Positions 30,502 through 41,299 are shown, counted from the stretch's first letter. The stretch is DNA of 64,000 bases from an uncultured Clostridia bacterium (GCA_947165945.1 CAMVCF010000002.1:1057-65056), one strand, 5' to 3'. Numbers and translations are program-made. The notes: generated by a model not told the origin, from the letters alone.

Positions 30502-30951
30502 GTGGTTAGGTTGAATTTAAGAGCATATTTAATATGTCGTATTTTATTCACATTAATATTTGTGATTACATCAACAACAATTTGGTTTCAAAAAGATTGG
30601 AGCCTATATCGTTATGTAAATTCTAATGTTGTAAGTAATGAAATTGTTTTTTCAAATTTAAAACATGAAAGCGAACAAAATGATTCATACAAATTAAAAA
30701 TTATAAATGAAGAAGACTTTATTCAAAACTTTAAAGTTATGGTTGTTCCAACCGTTTTAAAAAATAATGTAAGTAATAATTATATTAAATACCAAATTAA
30801 TGATGGAATTGTTAGATCATTAAATATGGATGGGATAATTATGGTAGATACCATTGATATTCATGAAGAAAAAGAACTTTCTTTAAGACTTTGGATAAGT
30901 GATACCTATTTTGGAGATTTAAATTATGATGGAAGAGTTGTTGTTAGTTAA
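30502..30951 (+). CDS. Hypothetical N-terminally anchored protein
   Basis: 149-aa ORF with a GTG or TTG start after AAGGGG and one N-terminal TM. Confidence 0.4.
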   Translation: MVRLNLRAYLICRILFTLIFVITSTTIWFQKDWSLYRYVNSNVVSNEIVFSNLKHESEQNDSYKLKIINEEDFIQNFKVMVVPTVLKNNVSNNYIKYQINDGIVRSLNMDGIIMVDTIDIHEEKELSLRLWISDTYFGDLNYDGRVVVS

Positions 30952-30966
30952 TAACTCTTTTTTTAT
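30933..30966 (+). terminator. Rho-independent terminator
   Basis: Stem aagagtt (30933-30939) pairs with aactctt (30953-30959), followed by a T-run. Confidence 0.55.
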
Positions 30967-30984
30967 TATTTTTTTTGATTAGAT

Positions 30985-31013
30985 TTTACAATATTTTTAA
31001 TAAATGATATAAT
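30985..31013 (+). promoter_or_regulatory. Promoter of the first glycopolymer operon (TTTACA-17-TATAAT)
   Basis: tttaca at 30985-30990, a 17-nt spacer, and tataat at 31008-31013. Confidence 0.5.
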
Positions 31014-31039
31014 ACTTTTATAAAAAAGAGGATGATAAA

Positions 31040-32572
31040 ATGAGAACAGAAAATTCTTTAAAAAATATATTTTCAAGTTTTTTAAGTAATTTTATTTTAA
31101 ATATTATAAAATTTGTATGTCGAATTATATTTGTTAAAATAATTGGAGAAGTTTATTTAGGAGTAAATGGGTTACTTTCTAATGTTTTGGGACTTTTATC
31201 TTTAGCAGAACTTGGGATAGGAACAGCCATTAATTATAGTTTATATAAACCTTTAGTTGATAATGATAAAGAAAAAATTAAATCTTTAATGAATTTTTAT
31301 AAAAAGTCTTATCATATAATAGCCCTTATTGTTTTAATATTGGGACTTATTATCTTACCATTTTTACCATATTTTATAAAAGATACAACTGGAATAGAAA
31401 ATTTAAACGTAATTTATTTAATATTTTTATTAAATCAAGTAATTGGATATTTATTTTCTTATAAAAGAACTTTAATTATTGCTGATCAAAAAGAGTATAA
31501 ATTAGTTCCATTTACAGTTGGCTTTAATTTTTTAGTAAATGTTTTTCAAATAATATTTTTGTTTTTAACTAAAAACTATTTAGTGTATTTAATTATTCAA
31601 ACCATTTTTATAGTAATTGAAAATATTGTTATAAATAATTATATAAATAAAAAATATTCTTATATGGAAGATAAAGAATCAATTAAATCGATTTCTAAAG
31701 ATGAATTAAATAAAATCAAAAAAAATGTTAAAGCTTTGTTATTTCATAAAGTAGGAAGTTATGCTGTTAATTCTACTGATAATTTAATTATTTCAACAAT
31801 TATAGGTATAACAGCAGTTGGATATTATTCAAATTATTCTTCTTTAATTGTTATTATTTCAGGATTTATTTATACATTTATTAGTAATATTACAGCAAGT
31901 TTTGGAAATTTAATTGTCAAAGAAAATACAAAGAAAAGATTGGAAGTATTTCGTGAAGTGAATTTTATTTATTATATTATGTATGGAATATCAACAGTTT
32001 GTTTTATTAATTTATTTAATCCATTTATTGGATTTGTATATGGAGAACATTTTGTTTTATCAATTACTTGTGTATATTTGATTACTTTTAATTATTATTT
32101 ACTTGGCATGACTAATATTGTTGAAATAGTAAAATCAGCAGCTGGTTTATATGATAATGATAAATATGTACCATTATTTCAAGCAGTAATTAATTTAGTA
32201 ATAAGTATTGTCTTAGGATTAAAAATAGGATTAATTGGAATTTTTATAGGAACTCTTATTAGTACACTTCTTCCTTTAACTATAAAACCAATTATTATTT
32301 ATAAACATGTATTTGAAACTAGTCCTATATTATATTTAAAAGATTTTTTAAAGCAGTTTATAGTATTAATAATTTCAATTATTTTCTCTGTTTTAGGATT
32401 ACATTTTTTAAGTTTTTCAAATATCATTTTAAAATTAATTATCTCTTTATTAATAAGTATTACTTGTCCAAGTATATTTATTTATATAACATATAAAAAT
32501 AGTGATGTATATAAAGCTTCATTATCAAGAATAAAATTTTTGATCGAAAAAAGAAAGTTAGGTTCAAAATGA
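31040..32572 (+). CDS. Wzx-type oligosaccharide flippase (MOP superfamily polysaccharide biosynthesis protein)
   Basis: 510 aa with about 12-14 TM helices and the typical N-terminus K N..S.....F......F..R..F....G..YLG..GL. Confidence 0.7.
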   Translation: MRTENSLKNIFSSFLSNFILNIIKFVCRIIFVKIIGEVYLGVNGLLSNVLGLLSLAELGIGTAINYSLYKPLVDNDKEKIKSLMNFYKKSYHIIALIVLILGLIILPFLPYFIKDTTGIENLNVIYLIFLLNQVIGYLFSYKRTLIIADQKEYKLVPFTVGFNFLVNVFQIIFLFLTKNYLVYLIIQTIFIVIENIVINNYINKKYSYMEDKESIKSISKDELNKIKKNVKALLFHKVGSYAVNSTDNLIISTIIGITAVGYYSNYSSLIVIISGFIYTFISNITASFGNLIVKENTKKRLEVFREVNFIYYIMYGISTVCFINLFNPFIGFVYGEHFVLSITCVYLITFNYYLLGMTNIVEIVKSAAGLYDNDKYVPLFQAVINLVISIVLGLKIGLIGIFIGTLISTLLPLTIKPIIIYKHVFETSPILYLKDFLKQFIVLIISIIFSVLGLHFLSFSNIILKLIISLLISITCPSIFIYITYKNSDVYKASLSRIKFLIEKRKLGSK

Positions 32573-33426
32573 AACATGCATATTTAATTATGATTCATGA
32601 TGATTTTTATGTCTTTGAAAAATTAATTCAGTTACTTGATTATGAAGAAAATGATTTATATATTCATGTTTGTAAAAAGGTTAAAAAATTTGATTTTAAA
32701 AAGTATAAAGAATTAGTTAAAAAAGCAGGTATTTATTTTACTAAAAGAATTAATGTTAAATGGGGAGACTATAGTCAAATAAAGTGTGAATTATTACTTC
32801 TTGAAAGTGCTACTAAGAATAATACTTATCAATATTACCACTTATTATCAGGAGTTGATTTACCTTTAAAAAGTCAAAAGGAAATTCATGAATTTTTTAA
32901 TAAATCAGATTATGAATATGTTGCTTTTAATAAACAATTTGATTTAGATCGAGTTTTATATTATCACTTTTTTACAAGTAATTTAAAAATTAATTGTCTT
33001 AGAACAAAAATTCATTACAAATTAGTTTTTTATCAAAAAAAATTTAATATTAAAAGAAACGAAAATATTAAGTTTCAAAAAGGAGCTAATTGGTTTAGTA
33101 TAACAGATACTTTAGCAAGATATATTTTATCTAAAAAGGAATTTATAAAAAAAGTGTTTAAATATACATATTGTGCAGATGAAATGTTTTTACAAACCAT
33201 TATTTATAATAGTCCATTTATTAATAAAGTATATAATTTAAATGATGAATATGATTCTATTAAAAGATGTATTGACTGGAATAGAGGAAGTCCATATATA
33301 TTTCGAATGGATGATTTTGATATGTTAATCAATAGTAATTGTTTTTTTGCTAGAAAGTTTTCATCTTTAGTTGATAAAAAGATAATTGATAAAATATATG
33401 AAGAATTGAGGTTTAAAAATGATTAA
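32569..33426 (+). CDS. Glycosyltransferase family 14 (core-2/I-branching beta-1,6-GlcNAc-transferase-like)
   Basis: AYLIMIHDD..F.KL.QLLDYEENDLYIHV.KK and WGDYSQI match the bacterial Branch-domain pattern. Confidence 0.6.
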   Translation: MKHAYLIMIHDDFYVFEKLIQLLDYEENDLYIHVCKKVKKFDFKKYKELVKKAGIYFTKRINVKWGDYSQIKCELLLLESATKNNTYQYYHLLSGVDLPLKSQKEIHEFFNKSDYEYVAFNKQFDLDRVLYYHFFTSNLKINCLRTKIHYKLVFYQKKFNIKRNENIKFQKGANWFSITDTLARYILSKKEFIKKVFKYTYCADEMFLQTIIYNSPFINKVYNLNDEYDSIKRCIDWNRGSPYIFRMDDFDMLINSNCFFARKFSSLVDKKIIDKIYEELRFKND

Positions 33427-34390
33427 ATATAGTGTAATAATACCAGTTTATAATGTAGAAAACTATATAAGCAAATGTTTAGATAGTTTAGTTAATCAAA
33501 CATATAAAGATTTAGAAATAATTATTGTAAATGATGGAAGTACTGATAAAAGCTTGGATATTGTTTTAAATTATCAAAAAAAATATTCAAATATTAAATT
33601 ATTTAATATTGATAATCATGGGCAATCCTATGCTAGAAATTATGGACTTAAATATGCAAGGGGCATTTATATTTCTTTTATTGATAGTGATGATTATGTG
33701 GATACTAATTTATTTTTAGAAATAGATAATTTTTTAAAAAATAAAAATTATGATATTGTTATGTTTAGTTATAAAGCTATATCAAAAGAGGGTAAAGTTT
33801 TATTTCAAAAGGATTTTGATGTTGATGATAATTACAATGTTTCAAGTATAGAATACTTATTTTCTGATCCATCGGTTTGGAATAAAATATATAAAAAAGA
33901 ATTTTTAGATAAAATTTCATTTCATTTACCTGAAGGAATGATCTACGAAGATTATTGCTATATCCCAACTCTTATAAAATATAGTCCTAAAATAGGTTAT
34001 ATTAAAAAGTCATTATATTATTATGTTTATAGTGATGCATCAACAACTAGAAATATAGAATATAAAGAAAAATATGAAGATTTAATAAAAGCAAGTAATA
34101 TTTTATATAATGAATTTAAAGATAGTACTTATTTGAATGAAATCGCTTTTATTATTTATTATCATTTTTTATATTTAGGATCTTTAAACTTTTATAAATT
34201 TAAAAAATATGATAAAATTGATAAGATTTCTGATTTTATGATGGAAAAATTTCCTAATTGGAGAAAAAATAAATATGTTTTAAAAAGAGATAAAAAAGAA
34301 AAATTATTAGCATATCTTTTTTATAAAAAAAGATATAAATTAATAAAATTTATGCAGACTATAAAGGGACTGATAGTATATGAAAAATAG
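33419..34390 (+). CDS. Glycosyltransferase family 2
   Basis: SVIIPVYNVENYISKCLDSLVNQTYKDLEIIIVNDGSTD and a DSDDY motif. Confidence 0.85.
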   Translation: MIKYSVIIPVYNVENYISKCLDSLVNQTYKDLEIIIVNDGSTDKSLDIVLNYQKKYSNIKLFNIDNHGQSYARNYGLKYARGIYISFIDSDDYVDTNLFLEIDNFLKNKNYDIVMFSYKAISKEGKVLFQKDFDVDDNYNVSSIEYLFSDPSVWNKIYKKEFLDKISFHLPEGMIYEDYCYIPTLIKYSPKIGYIKKSLYYYVYSDASTTRNIEYKEKYEDLIKASNILYNEFKDSTYLNEIAFIIYYHFLYLGSLNFYKFKKYDKIDKISDFMMEKFPNWRKNKYVLKRDKKEKLLAYLFYKKRYKLIKFMQTIKGLIVYEK

Positions 34391-35861
34391 AGTTTTAAAA
34401 AAATTAATTACCACATTGTTTTTAATATTACCATTTCTTGATATGTTAAGAACAACTGAAATAAGACATTTTGAAATATTTGGTATTAGTTGTATAGAAC
34501 TAATTAACATATTATTAATTGGAATGTCACTTTTTATTACTATTATAAAAATTTTTAAAGATCGAAAAAAACATTTATTATATTTATTTTTATTTATAAT
34601 AATTTCTGGTATTTATATGATATTTCATTATCAAAATTTAATGAAATTTAATACAAATTTATTAAATTTTATAGACTTTAATTTTATAAGAGAATCTTTT
34701 TATATTTTTAGAGTTTATATGTTACCTATTTTCTTATTATTTATCTTACTTGAAAATAAAGATATTTTTGATGGTAAATATTATCTTAATATATCAAAAT
34801 TAATTATATTTATAATAAGTTTTAGTATTATAATTTTAGATATTTTTAAGTTATCATATATATCTTATAGTGCTACTAATAATTTTGTAGAAAGAAATCT
34901 ATTTGATTATTTTTTATATCAAGGAGATTGGAAATTATTATCTGCTCGTGGGTGGTTTGATTCAGCTAATGAATTAAGTGCTATTTTACTGATGTTATTT
35001 CCTGTTAATATTTATTTACTTTATAAAGAAAAGAAAAAAACAAATTATTGCTTATATATTATGCAATTTTTGGCAATGATTTTACTTGGTACTAGAACTA
35101 GTGCTTATGGTGCACTTTTGGTTAGTATTGTATTATTAATTGGATATATAGTATATACTTCTATTAGAAAAGAAAAATATAATTCTAAATTTTTAAAAGA
35201 TTATGTTATTATGACCCTAACCCTTACTATCTATTTAGTCATTTCTCCATTTATGCTTGGTCAAATTAATGATAGCAATTATGATTTTTCTATTCAAAAT
35301 ATGGATGCTTATAAAAAACTTCAAGATACTAATGAAGAACTTGATCAATTAATAAAACAATATGCAAGCGAATATTTAATTAATCCAGTTTATTTTGATT
35401 ATTATCCTATTCAAAACGACACTGAATTTTGGCTTAAAATTGCAAATAGAGATCGTGTTTTAAATAGTAATGATCGAAATTTAAAAATAGAAATTCTAAA
35501 TAGAGTAAAAGAAAGAAATAATAATAAAATGGATAAATATTTAGGAATGGGATATACTCTTGGTTTTATTGATTTTGAAAGAGATTATATCTATCAATAC
35601 TATATATTAGGTTTATTTGGTATTTTATTATTTATTGTTCCGTATTTTATTGTATTAATTTATAATATTATAAAAGTCTTATTTAATTTAAAGAAAAATT
35701 TTAAGTATATAACTTTAATATCAATTATGTCTCCTTGTTTAATTCTTTTAGCAGCTTATTTTTCTGGTCATGTTTTTGGATGGGTAAGTCCTATGATGAA
35801 TCTCGTATTATCTCTGGGTTTACTAAACGTTATTGTAGATGAAAATTATAAAAAAGTTTAA
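34380..35861 (+). CDS. O-antigen ligase/Wzy-like polytopic membrane protein (repeat-unit polymerase candidate)
   Basis: 493 aa with more than 10 TM helices, a Wzy_C-like segment ILLGTRTSAYGALLVS, and a large extracytoplasmic loop. Confidence 0.5.
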   Translation: MKNRVLKKLITTLFLILPFLDMLRTTEIRHFEIFGISCIELINILLIGMSLFITIIKIFKDRKKHLLYLFLFIIISGIYMIFHYQNLMKFNTNLLNFIDFNFIRESFYIFRVYMLPIFLLFILLENKDIFDGKYYLNISKLIIFIISFSIIILDIFKLSYISYSATNNFVERNLFDYFLYQGDWKLLSARGWFDSANELSAILLMLFPVNIYLLYKEKKKTNYCLYIMQFLAMILLGTRTSAYGALLVSIVLLIGYIVYTSIRKEKYNSKFLKDYVIMTLTLTIYLVISPFMLGQINDSNYDFSIQNMDAYKKLQDTNEELDQLIKQYASEYLINPVYFDYYPIQNDTEFWLKIANRDRVLNSNDRNLKIEILNRVKERNNNKMDKYLGMGYTLGFIDFERDYIYQYYILGLFGILLFIVPYFIVLIYNIIKVLFNLKKNFKYITLISIMSPCLILLAAYFSGHVFGWVSPMMNLVLSLGLLNVIVDENYKKV

Positions 35862-35934
35862 TTAAAATATTATATTTTAAATTTAATGTTTTTATTTTTC
35901 AATTTAATGATATAATTTTATTAGGAGATTAGTT

Positions 35935-36864
35935 ATGAAGATAAGTGTAATAGTACCTGTTTATAATGTAGAAAAATATCTTAAAAAATGTTTAGATAGT
36001 TTAATAAATCAAACTTTAAAGGAAATAGAAATAATTGTTGTAAATGATGGAAGTCCTGATGAAAGCGAGAAAATAATTTTAGAATATCTTAAAAAATATC
36101 AGAATATTAAATATTATAAAAAAGAAAATGCTGGATTAAGTTCTGCTAGAAATTATGGACTAGATAAAGCGGAAGGGGAATATATATCATTTGTTGATAG
36201 TGATGATTATATAGATTCAACTATGCTTCAAAAAATGTATGAAAAAGCCAAGAATGAAGATTTAGATATCGTAGTATGTGATAGTATAGAAGTATATGAA
36301 AATAAAAATGTTTTAAAGAAATCAAATTTTGGCTATAGTAGTTGTGATGTAAAAAATTATATTTTATCTCCTCCAATGGCATGTACTAGAATTTATAAAA
36401 AATATTTGTTTAATAAAGTAAGGTTTACAGAAAACATCTTTTATGAAGATTTATATTTAACACCAAGTTTAGTTAATTATACTAAAAAAATAGGATTTTT
36501 AAATGAAGGATTATATTATTATGTTCAAAGAAATGGTTCAATTATGAAACAACTTGAATATAATGAAAAATTAATGGATATATTTAAAGTTTTAAAACAT
36601 AATCAAGATGTTTTAACAGATTTTCCTTGTGAAGTTGAATTTTTATATATTAGTCATTTATTAAGAAGTGCATCACTCAGGTTTATAGATTATAAAAATA
36701 GTCGAGAATTAATAGATAAAATTGTTTTAGAAATAAAAACAAATTATCCAAATTATAAAAAAAATAAGTATTATAAAAAATCAAGTTATAAATTAAAAAT
36801 AATATGTAATTTAGCATATAATAAACAAATTATTTTGTTAAAATTATTAAAAAAAGTATGGTGA
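35935..36864 (+). CDS. Glycosyltransferase family 2 (paralogue A)
   Basis: MKISVIVPVYNVEKYLKKCLDSLINQT..VVNDGSPDES, DSDDY. Confidence 0.85.
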   Translation: MKISVIVPVYNVEKYLKKCLDSLINQTLKEIEIIVVNDGSPDESEKIILEYLKKYQNIKYYKKENAGLSSARNYGLDKAEGEYISFVDSDDYIDSTMLQKMYEKAKNEDLDIVVCDSIEVYENKNVLKKSNFGYSSCDVKNYILSPPMACTRIYKKYLFNKVRFTENIFYEDLYLTPSLVNYTKKIGFLNEGLYYYVQRNGSIMKQLEYNEKLMDIFKVLKHNQDVLTDFPCEVEFLYISHLLRSASLRFIDYKNSRELIDKIVLEIKTNYPNYKKNKYYKKSSYKLKIICNLAYNKQIILLKLLKKVW

Positions 36865-37206
36865 ATTTAAATGAAAATAAGTGTAATTGTACCAGTTTAT
36901 AATGTAGAAAAATACCTAAAAAGGTGTTTAGATAGTTTAGTTAATCAAACCTTAAAAGAAATAGAAATAATTGTTGTAAATGATGGAAGTCCTGATGAAA
37001 GTGAAAAAATAATTTTAGAATATCTTGAAAAATATAGGAATATTAAGTATTATAAAAAAGAAAATGCTGGATTAAGTGTTGCTAGAAATTATGGAATAAG
37101 TAAGTCAAGTGGCGAGTATATTGCATTTGTTGATAGTGATGATTATGTAGATACTTCGATGCTTCAAAAAATGTATGAAAAAGCTAAAGAGAAAGATTAT
37201 GATGTA
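35935..37206 (+). repeat. Tandem duplication: the 5' ~335 nt of the two adjacent GT2 genes are nearly identical
   Basis: 35935-36270 versus 36871-37206 share exact runs of 44 nt (gaaatagaaataattgttgtaaatgatggaagtcctgatgaaag), 30 nt and 26 nt. Identity is roughly 85-90% by eye. Confidence 0.75.
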
Positions 37207-37827
37207 GTTGCATGTTCTGTTAGTATGGTTTTAGATGATGGAAAATATATTTCTACGGTTAAAACTGGTTTAAAAAATGATAATTCTGATATTAAAGAGA
37301 ATATGATAACAATTTATCCATCAGCATGGAATAAAATTTATAAAAAAGAATTGTTTGATAAAGTTTTATTTAAAAAAAATGTTTGGTTTGAAGATGTTGA
37401 ATTTTTGTATAGATTATTTCCATATATTAATAATATAGGAATTGTTAATGAAAGTTTATACTATTATGTTCAAAGGGATGGTGCAATTACTAAAACATAT
37501 GATAAAAGATTATATGATTATATTAAAAATTGGAACTCTATTTTGGAGTTTTATAAAAATAATAATTTTTATGATGAATATAAAAAAGAACTTGAATATT
37601 GTTATGTTAGATATTTATATGCAACATTTATTAAACGATCAATTAACTTATCAAAAAAAGAATTTGATAGTGCTGTTTTAGAAGCTAGATCCAATGTCGA
37701 AAAGAATTTTAAAAATTATAGAAAAAATAAATATTTTTATAAAAGTTTAAAAGGAATCTATTTAATACTTTTTAATAAATATTTAGCAAATATATATTAT
37801 AAAATTTCCAATATAAAAAAGAAATAA
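36871..37827 (+). CDS. Glycosyltransferase family 2 (paralogue B)
   Basis: The N-terminal ~110 aa are nearly identical to paralogue A, and the C-terminal half has diverged. Confidence 0.85.
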   Translation: MKISVIVPVYNVEKYLKRCLDSLVNQTLKEIEIIVVNDGSPDESEKIILEYLEKYRNIKYYKKENAGLSVARNYGISKSSGEYIAFVDSDDYVDTSMLQKMYEKAKEKDYDVVACSVSMVLDDGKYISTVKTGLKNDNSDIKENMITIYPSAWNKIYKKELFDKVLFKKNVWFEDVEFLYRLFPYINNIGIVNESLYYYVQRDGAITKTYDKRLYDYIKNWNSILEFYKNNNFYDEYKKELEYCYVRYLYATFIKRSINLSKKEFDSAVLEARSNVEKNFKNYRKNKYFYKSLKGIYLILFNKYLANIYYKISNIKKK

Positions 37828-37844
37828 ATTAAATGGGTGATAAT

Positions 37845-38987
37845 ATGAAAAAAGTTTTATTTTTACAAGTGGAAGGTAATTCTTGTGGAGGAGTGTGGTT
37901 TGTTAATAAAACTATTGGAGAAGAATTAATAAAACATGGATACTCTGTTTTGATAATGTCTGTAAGAGACTCTGGAGGTAAAAAATTAGAACATAATAAA
38001 AAATTAAATGTTTCTATTGTAAATTCACTTGATCCTTGGCAAATTACTCATTTTGAAGATATAAAAAAAGAGTTAAGAAAATTTCATATTTTATCATCAT
38101 TTAATCTAATTTTAAAAAAAATAAAAGAAGAAATTAAATTAAAAAAAGATTTTAATTATATAAGAAAATATATTATAAAAGAGAACTTTGATTATATTAT
38201 TACAAGTCACTATCAATTGTTAGATTGCATCCCTAAAAAATATTTAAAAAGAACAATTCATGAACAACATACATCTTTTGAAACATCTTATTCTCACGCA
38301 GCAACAAGAAAAACATTAGATAAATATAATGGGTTGGTTAAATATTTGTGGTTATCTAAAAGTTCGTCTCATCTTGCTAAAGAAAAAGGTTATAAAAATA
38401 GCACCTATATTTATAATCCTGTAAGGTTTAAAAGTTTAAACACCTCATCTCTTGAGAATAAAAAATTAATTACTATTGCAAGAATAAGTGAAGAAAAAAG
38501 AATTGATTTAATGATAAATATTGTTAATGATCTTTTAAAAGATCCTCTCTTAAAAGAGTGGTCTTTAGATATTTATGGTGATGGTCCATTAAAAGATAAG
38601 TTAATGACGATAAATTATGATAAAAATAAAATTAGATGGATGGGATCTGTAAACCTTGTTTCAGATGTTTTATTAAAAGCGTCTATTAATTTAAATACAT
38701 CACTTTTTGAAGGATTTGCAATGGGAATATTAGAAGCTAATGAATGTGGTGTTCCAACTATATCTTTTCGTTTTGGAGAAAGTATAGATGAGGAAATAAT
38801 TAATAATAAAACAGGTATTATTGTTGAACAAAATGACATATTATCATATAAAGAAAAATTAAAAGAGTTAATGCTTGATAATGATAAATTAAAAGAATTA
38901 TCAAATAATTCGAAAGAATTTTCAAAGAATTTTCAAGTAGAAAATATAATAAAAGACTGGCTTGATTTATTTAAAAGTTTAGACTAG
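37845..38987 (+). CDS. Glycosyltransferase family 4 (GT-B)
   Basis: The C-terminal motif is S.FEGF....LEA...G.P.I......G..E.I....G. ATG 37845 (MKKVLFLQ) is preferred over the track start 37833. Confidence 0.75.
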   Translation: MKKVLFLQVEGNSCGGVWFVNKTIGEELIKHGYSVLIMSVRDSGGKKLEHNKKLNVSIVNSLDPWQITHFEDIKKELRKFHILSSFNLILKKIKEEIKLKKDFNYIRKYIIKENFDYIITSHYQLLDCIPKKYLKRTIHEQHTSFETSYSHAATRKTLDKYNGLVKYLWLSKSSSHLAKEKGYKNSTYIYNPVRFKSLNTSSLENKKLITIARISEEKRIDLMINIVNDLLKDPLLKEWSLDIYGDGPLKDKLMTINYDKNKIRWMGSVNLVSDVLLKASINLNTSLFEGFAMGILEANECGVPTISFRFGESIDEEIINNKTGIIVEQNDILSYKEKLKELMLDNDKLKELSNNSKEFSKNFQVENIIKDWLDLFKSLD

Positions 38988-38998
38988 AAAGGATTGTT

Positions 38999-39466
38999 AT
39001 GAAAAAAGTTATGTTTATATCATCTACTGGAGGACATTTATCGGAAATGTTACAACTTGAACCACTATTTAAGTATTATGATGTTTCAATTGTAACAGAA
39101 AAAACTAAGTCAAATTTGTATTTAAAAGATAAATATAAGAATGTAAATTATTTAGTTTATGGTACTAAGTCTCATCTGTTTCCATATTTATTTAAATTTA
39201 CTTATAATTGTTTTAAGTCTATATATATTTTTTTAAAAATAAAACCAGATGTTGTTGTTACAACAGGAACTCATACAGCAGTTTGTATGTGTTATATTGC
39301 CCATTTTTTTAAAAAAAAGGTTATATTTATTGAAACTCTCGCCAATAGAACAAGTAGAACTAAGTCTGGTAAGATGGTGTATCCAATTGCTGATTATTTT
39401 ATTGTTCAATGGAAAAGTATGTTAAAATTATATCCAAAGGCAATATATGGAGGATGGATTTATTAA
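38999..39466 (+). CDS. Alg14-like membrane-anchoring subunit of a split glycosyltransferase (PssD/Cps14F-like)
   Basis: 155 aa with FISSTGGHLSEMLQL and a size typical of the Alg14 family. An Alg13-like gene follows. Confidence 0.7.
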   Translation: MKKVMFISSTGGHLSEMLQLEPLFKYYDVSIVTEKTKSNLYLKDKYKNVNYLVYGTKSHLFPYLFKFTYNCFKSIYIFLKIKPDVVVTTGTHTAVCMCYIAHFFKKKVIFIETLANRTSRTKSGKMVYPIADYFIVQWKSMLKLYPKAIYGGWIY

Positions 39467-39479
39467 ATAAGGAGGAGTT

Positions 39480-39959
39480 ATGATATTAGTAATTCTTGGT
39501 ACAAATGATAAACAATTTACAAGATTGTTAGAAGAAGTTGATCGATTAATTGATAAAAAAATGATAAAAGAAGAAGTTGTAGTTCAAGCAGGTTTTTCTA
39601 AAAATTATGTTTCTTCTAACATGAAAATATTTGATTTAATTAGTTCCGATAAATTTGAAAAACTAATTTCTGATGCTAATTTTATTATTACTCATGGTGG
39701 AGTTGGAACTATTTTAACAGGACTTCGATATTCTAAAAAAATGATCGCTGTTCCAAGACTTAAAAAATATAAGGAACATGTTAATGATCATCAATTACAA
39801 ATAATTGATAATTTTAAAGAAGAAGGATATGTTATAGGTATACATGATGTATCAGAACTTGAAAGCGCTTTAAGAAAAGTTAAAAGTTTTAAGCCTAAAA
39901 AATATAATAGCAATAAAGAATATATGTTGAATATAGTTAAAGAATGTATAGATAAATAA
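39480..39959 (+). CDS. Alg13-like catalytic subunit (Glyco_tran_28_C; PssE/Cps14G-like)
   Basis: 159 aa with the ITHGGVGTI motif and RBS AAGGAGGAG. Confidence 0.7.
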   Translation: MILVILGTNDKQFTRLLEEVDRLIDKKMIKEEVVVQAGFSKNYVSSNMKIFDLISSDKFEKLISDANFIITHGGVGTILTGLRYSKKMIAVPRLKKYKEHVNDHQLQIIDNFKEEGYVIGIHDVSELESALRKVKSFKPKKYNSNKEYMLNIVKECIDK

Positions 39960-40003
39960 TAAATTTAATTGTAATATATTTTTGAAATGAGGATATTATA
40001 GAT

Positions 40004-41245
40004 ATGAAAATTAATAAGAAAGTAATTTGGTTATTAATTATTATAGTACTTTGTATTATTTTAGGATATTTTTTATTCCATAATAAAGAAATTAATTTAG
40101 ACATAAAACAAATACCTAAAAAAATTAATTATAGTGATTATTATCATGATACTGTTAAAACGTTAAATGAAAAGATTTTATATAAATTTGATAATGAAAC
40201 TTTTACTGAAGTTGGTAAGATATCAAGTGATGTTTTAGTAAATCTAAGTCAAGATGAATTTCTTAAAGATGGGTACTTTAAAATTAAAGATATGGATTAT
40301 TACATTACTTATCAAGAATTAGAAGAAGCTCAAGCACTTATAATAGATAATCATTGGAAAAATTATATTCCATATAATGAGAGTGTAAAAACAATTGATA
40401 AAACAAATTTATATTTAAACGATAAGTTAATTTATGCTATTGATTATGAAATGAATTTACCAATTATTATTAAAGAAAGTAATTATTATGGAGTTATTTA
40501 TAATGATCAATTATTTTATGTGAAAAAGGATGAAGTTGATGTAAATGATTCTAATAATACTAATTTAACACATACAAATGGATTTGCAACTTTAGTTTAT
40601 CATTTTACTTATGATTCAAGTAATAATGAGGAAAAACGTGATTGTCTCGCTGCTAATTCAACAATTTGTTTAAGTGATAAAGTATTTGATGAACAAATGG
40701 AATATTTAAAAGATAGTAATTTTTATACACCAACTATGAATGATGTTGAAATGTTTATTGATGGAAAAATACAATTACCTGAAAAAACTGTTTTAATTAC
40801 AATTGATGATGGTTATTTTGTAAATGCCAGTATTAAAGTTCTTGAAAAATATGATTTACATGCAACCTTATTTTTAATAGGAGAATATTTAAACCCTGAT
40901 GATTATAAATCTGATAGTTTAGAGATTCATTCACATACATATGCTTTACATTATGCTGGTGCGTGTCCTGGAGGACAAGGAAGTCCGATTAAGTGTCTTG
41001 ATAGAGAAATTATTCTTGCTGATTTAAAGAAAAGTCGTGATCAGTTAAATGGATCAAATGTATTTTGTTATCCATTCTTTGAATATAATGACTATGCTAT
41101 TAGTTTATTAAAAGAAGCAGGATTTACAATGGCATTTGCAGGCGGAAGACAAAAAATAAAGGTTGGTAGCAATAAAATGAAACTTTCAAGATATGGTATT
41201 ATAAATACCACTACTTTATCTGATTTTAAAAAAATTGTAAATTAA
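40004..41245 (+). CDS. Polysaccharide deacetylase (NodB homology domain) with an N-terminal TM
   Basis: The motifs VLITIDDGY, ATLFLIG and HSHTYALH are present. Confidence 0.75.
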   Translation: MKINKKVIWLLIIIVLCIILGYFLFHNKEINLDIKQIPKKINYSDYYHDTVKTLNEKILYKFDNETFTEVGKISSDVLVNLSQDEFLKDGYFKIKDMDYYITYQELEEAQALIIDNHWKNYIPYNESVKTIDKTNLYLNDKLIYAIDYEMNLPIIIKESNYYGVIYNDQLFYVKKDEVDVNDSNNTNLTHTNGFATLVYHFTYDSSNNEEKRDCLAANSTICLSDKVFDEQMEYLKDSNFYTPTMNDVEMFIDGKIQLPEKTVLITIDDGYFVNASIKVLEKYDLHATLFLIGEYLNPDDYKSDSLEIHSHTYALHYAGACPGGQGSPIKCLDREIILADLKKSRDQLNGSNVFCYPFFEYNDYAISLLKEAGFTMAFAGGRQKIKVGSNKMKLSRYGIINTTTLSDFKKIVN

Positions 41246-41262
41246 TAAGCTTTATATCAATT

Positions 41263-41299
41263 AAAAAAATATGTCTAGATAATTAGAACATATTTTTTT
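41263..41299 (+). terminator. Rho-independent terminator separating the two glycopolymer loci
   Basis: Stem aaatatgt(cta) (41267-) pairs with (taga)acatattt (-41295), followed by T-run 41293-41299. Confidence 0.65.
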
